The notes under the pieces were generated by a model, which saw only the letters and a list, made by a program, of their open reading frames with translations, made no database searches and was not told where the DNA came from. Positions 61,670 through 64,000 of a stretch of 64,000 nt of DNA are shown one piece after another. The position numbers and the translations under genes are program-made. Source of the DNA: Mycobacterium sp. (GTDB lineage: Bacteria; Actinomycetota; Actinomycetes; Mycobacteriales; Mycobacteriaceae); the NCBI GenBank assembly GCA_050701835.1, contig JBOGDC010000003.1, forward strand, positions 28,085-92,084. Direction: 5' to 3'. The first letter of the stretch is position 1; the number at the start of each line of letters is the position of its first letter.

Positions 61670-63316
61670 ATGCTCGGAGACCTGGCTTTGACCTGGACCG
61701 GACGACTGTCCGCTCCTGTCCTTGAAAAGCTTCTCGACCTGCCCGAACCCGTCACCCACGAGGTGCGGGCCCGACGGAACATCAAGGTGACAATGCCCGA
61801 CGGCGTGCAGCTGGCGACCGACCATTTCCGCCCTCCCGGGCAGGATCCCATGCCGGTCGTCATCTTCCGCACTCCGTATGACAAGCAGGGCATGATCACT
61901 CAACTGTGGTCGATGTTGCTGGCACGTCAAGGATTTCAGGTAATCCTGCAGGACACTCGAGGGCAGTTCGGCTCCCAGGGCAGATTCGACGCATTCCGGC
62001 AGGAGCGCGAGGACGGCCTCGCCACCGCGGCCTGGATCCGGGAACAGCCATGGTGCGACGGCACACTTGCGACCGCCGGCCCGTCGTACCTCGGGCACAC
62101 ACAGTGGGCGGTGGCGCCGTATGTCGAACCGCCGTTGGCGGCCATGTGCCCGGCGATCACCACCAGCAATTTCACCGAGCTCTTCTATCCGGGCGGCGCA
62201 TTCAATCTGCACAACCTGCTGAGCTGGTCGGCGGCGATTGGTTCACCTGACAGCTCCACACTGACACGTCTGCTATGGGCAAGCAGGCACGCGAAGCGAG
62301 TGCGCAGCGCCATGGATCATCTACCCCTGGGCAATGCCGACAACGCTGCGATCGGTAAACCAGAACCGTTCTGGCGCACCGTAACCGACCACACGAGTGA
62401 TGACTATTGGGACGAGATCAACCACACCCCGCGACTCGCAACGCTCAGCACACCGGTGAGCATGGTGACCGGGTGGTGGGACCTGCTCCTGGTGGGCCAG
62501 CTGCGCGACTATGTCGAACTGCAGGAAGCCAACTGTCCACGGCGAATCACCATCGGCCCGTGGGACCACACGAAGTCGATCAAGGCCGCGATCACCGACA
62601 GCTTCTCCTGGCTGGCGGCACATCTGCGCGGCGACGTCTCGTCCACCCACCGCGCTCCGGTGCGGGTCTATCTGCAGAAGGCGGGCCAGTGGCTGGACTT
62701 CGATCGGTGGCCGCCCAGGGCGTCGACTCCCACCCCGCTGTATCTGCACGCCGACCGGGCTCTGAATTGGCAATCCCCGCAAGGTGATAACACCGTCGAT
62801 GAATTCGTGTACGACCCGGCAGATCCCACTCCGGTGGTCGGCGGGCCGCTGCTGGATACCGGGGCGTCCGGTCAGCGCGACAACTCCCAGACCGAAAAAC
62901 GCGCCGATGTCCTGGTTTTCACCAGCGAGCCAATAACGAGCGATCTGGACCTGATCGGCCCGGTCTCGGCATCCGTGTACGCAACAACCGACAGTGGCCA
63001 GGGTGATCTGTTCGTCAGGCTCTGCGATATAGATCGAAATGGTGTGTCCCGCAATGTTACCGACGGAATAGTGAGATTGAACGGTGCCACCGGATCACCG
63101 GTGCAGGTGACCATGCATCCGACCGGTTACCGCGTGGCCAAGGGACACCGGCTGCGGATACAGGTCAGCGGGGGCGCGTTTCCCAACCACGCCCGTAACA
63201 CCGGCACAGGTGAGCCACTCGCAACCGCCAGCCGACTCGTACCTGTCCACTTCGAAGTACGTCACGACGCCACACACCCGTCGTCGGTGACGTTACCTGT
63301 GATGTCTAAATCGTGA
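61670..63316 (+). CDS. CocE/NonD-family (S15, X-Pro dipeptidyl-peptidase-like) serine hydrolase
   Basis: PVVIFRTPYDK, QDTRGQFGSQG, nucleophile motif GPSYLG, and a C-terminal jelly-roll region. ATG at 61670; the track start at 61505 is an extension. Confidence 0.85.
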   Translation: MLGDLALTWTGRLSAPVLEKLLDLPEPVTHEVRARRNIKVTMPDGVQLATDHFRPPGQDPMPVVIFRTPYDKQGMITQLWSMLLARQGFQVILQDTRGQFGSQGRFDAFRQEREDGLATAAWIREQPWCDGTLATAGPSYLGHTQWAVAPYVEPPLAAMCPAITTSNFTELFYPGGAFNLHNLLSWSAAIGSPDSSTLTRLLWASRHAKRVRSAMDHLPLGNADNAAIGKPEPFWRTVTDHTSDDYWDEINHTPRLATLSTPVSMVTGWWDLLLVGQLRDYVELQEANCPRRITIGPWDHTKSIKAAITDSFSWLAAHLRGDVSSTHRAPVRVYLQKAGQWLDFDRWPPRASTPTPLYLHADRALNWQSPQGDNTVDEFVYDPADPTPVVGGPLLDTGASGQRDNSQTEKRADVLVFTSEPITSDLDLIGPVSASVYATTDSGQGDLFVRLCDIDRNGVSRNVTDGIVRLNGATGSPVQVTMHPTGYRVAKGHRLRIQVSGGAFPNHARNTGTGEPLATASRLVPVHFEVRHDATHPSSVTLPVMSKS

Positions 63317-63870
63317 AATATATTGTTGTCCTTGGTATTTCTGCAGTATTTCTGACGGCGTGCGGCGGCAACAACGCAACAGAAAGCAGGCCCACCCTCA
63401 TCCACGTCGGCGGTACCGGCGCAGGCACCGAGATCAAGGTGGTGACGGCAGAGGACGGTAAGCCCGGCGCCATTGGACAGCAGGTGCACGACGGTGACCT
63501 TGCCTTTGTGGTCACCCGAGTGAGCAACGCAGGCACCGTCGGCGACCCGGCCAATCCGGCACTGGAGGCGAACGCGACTGGCACCTTTGTCGTCGTACAC
63601 GTCGAAGTCCTGAACCTCGGAAAGGTGACGCACTCCTTCCTCGGAGACGAGCAGAAGCTCAGGGATGCAACGGGCAAGGAGTACGCGCCCGACAGCATGG
63701 CGAATATCTTGGCGCGCAATGCCGAACAGCTCGAACCGGGCGCAGAACTCGGCCCCGGCGCGCAGAAACGGTCCGTGCTCGTCTACGACGTGCCCGCCGG
63801 CACTGCGCCCAAGGAGATCGACCTGCACACCGAAAACGCATCCAAGGGCGCCCGGGTGCTACTCGGCTAG
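63313..63870 (+). CDS. DUF4352-like lipoprotein
   Basis: Lipobox LTACG. The pattern VHDGDLAFVVT...GTFVVVHVEVLNLGK...RSVLVYDVPAG is typical of DUF4352. The GTG start overlaps the upstream stop. Confidence 0.7.
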   Translation: MKYIVVLGISAVFLTACGGNNATESRPTLIHVGGTGAGTEIKVVTAEDGKPGAIGQQVHDGDLAFVVTRVSNAGTVGDPANPALEANATGTFVVVHVEVLNLGKVTHSFLGDEQKLRDATGKEYAPDSMANILARNAEQLEPGAELGPGAQKRSVLVYDVPAGTAPKEIDLHTENASKGARVLLG

Positions 63871-64000
63871 TCGGCGGCGGCCGGAAACAACGCGTAGGCA
63901 ATCCTTGAGGCAATCTCGCGCGGGTCGGCATCATCGCGTGAATCGCCAAGAGCCCCACTGGTCCACAGTGATACGAACCCGTGTACCAAGGACCATGCCG
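63871..64000 (-). CDS. 3' end of an unidentified reverse-strand gene (5' part lies beyond the window)
   Basis: Hand translation gives ...GMVLGTRVRITVDSGALGDSRDDADPREIASRIAYALFPAAAD followed by a stop (63871-63873). Open to the window edge with G/C-rich third positions. No family assigned. Confidence 0.35.

Overview
GC-rich, almost fully coding actinobacterial chromosome segment with strong G/C at third codon positions. The backbone gene order is canB-mutY ... mhuD-lpqF ... clpC1-lsr2-lysS-coaX-panD-panC ... folK-folB-folP-folE-ftsH ... ephA-like ... lpqG-like-hpt-tilS ... dacB-ppa ... TerC, GT2, DUF2304, galE1-like. From memory this matches the Mycobacterium tuberculosis Rv3588c-Rv3635 region. 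PE_PGRS and esp genes are absent, so a rapid-growing mycobacterium (Mycobacteroides-like) is my inference; I cannot confirm it without a database. I saw no tRNA, rRNA, CRISPR, transposase or integrase. Several accessory blocks interrupt the conserved backbone. The most interesting is at 49593-56265. It is a single-module NRPS with the unusual Pls-type architecture: adenylation, carrier, then three soluble hexapeptide-repeat domains separated by transmembrane helix pairs, with no condensation or thioesterase domain. A hand-derived specificity code looks lysine-like. The NRPS is translationally coupled by 4-nt overlaps to an M1 zinc peptidase and then to a Wzx/MOP-like polytopic membrane protein. 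This is a candidate cationic homopoly(amino acid) synthesis, trimming and export system that I do not know to be described in mycobacteria. Other notable items: two back-to-back divergent cobalamin riboswitches controlling cbtBA and a BtuCDF-like ABC importer; a yybP-ykoY (Mn) type riboswitch with an RBS-sequestering hairpin ahead of TerC; a perfect 28-bp tandem duplication that frameshifts a lipoprotein gene; a 30-bp in-frame tandem duplication in a class V aminotransferase; a Coq4-family protein next to a TetR regulator; and an extended FolP C-terminus. Many long ORFs in the track are antisense or extension artefacts of the high GC content and were rejected.
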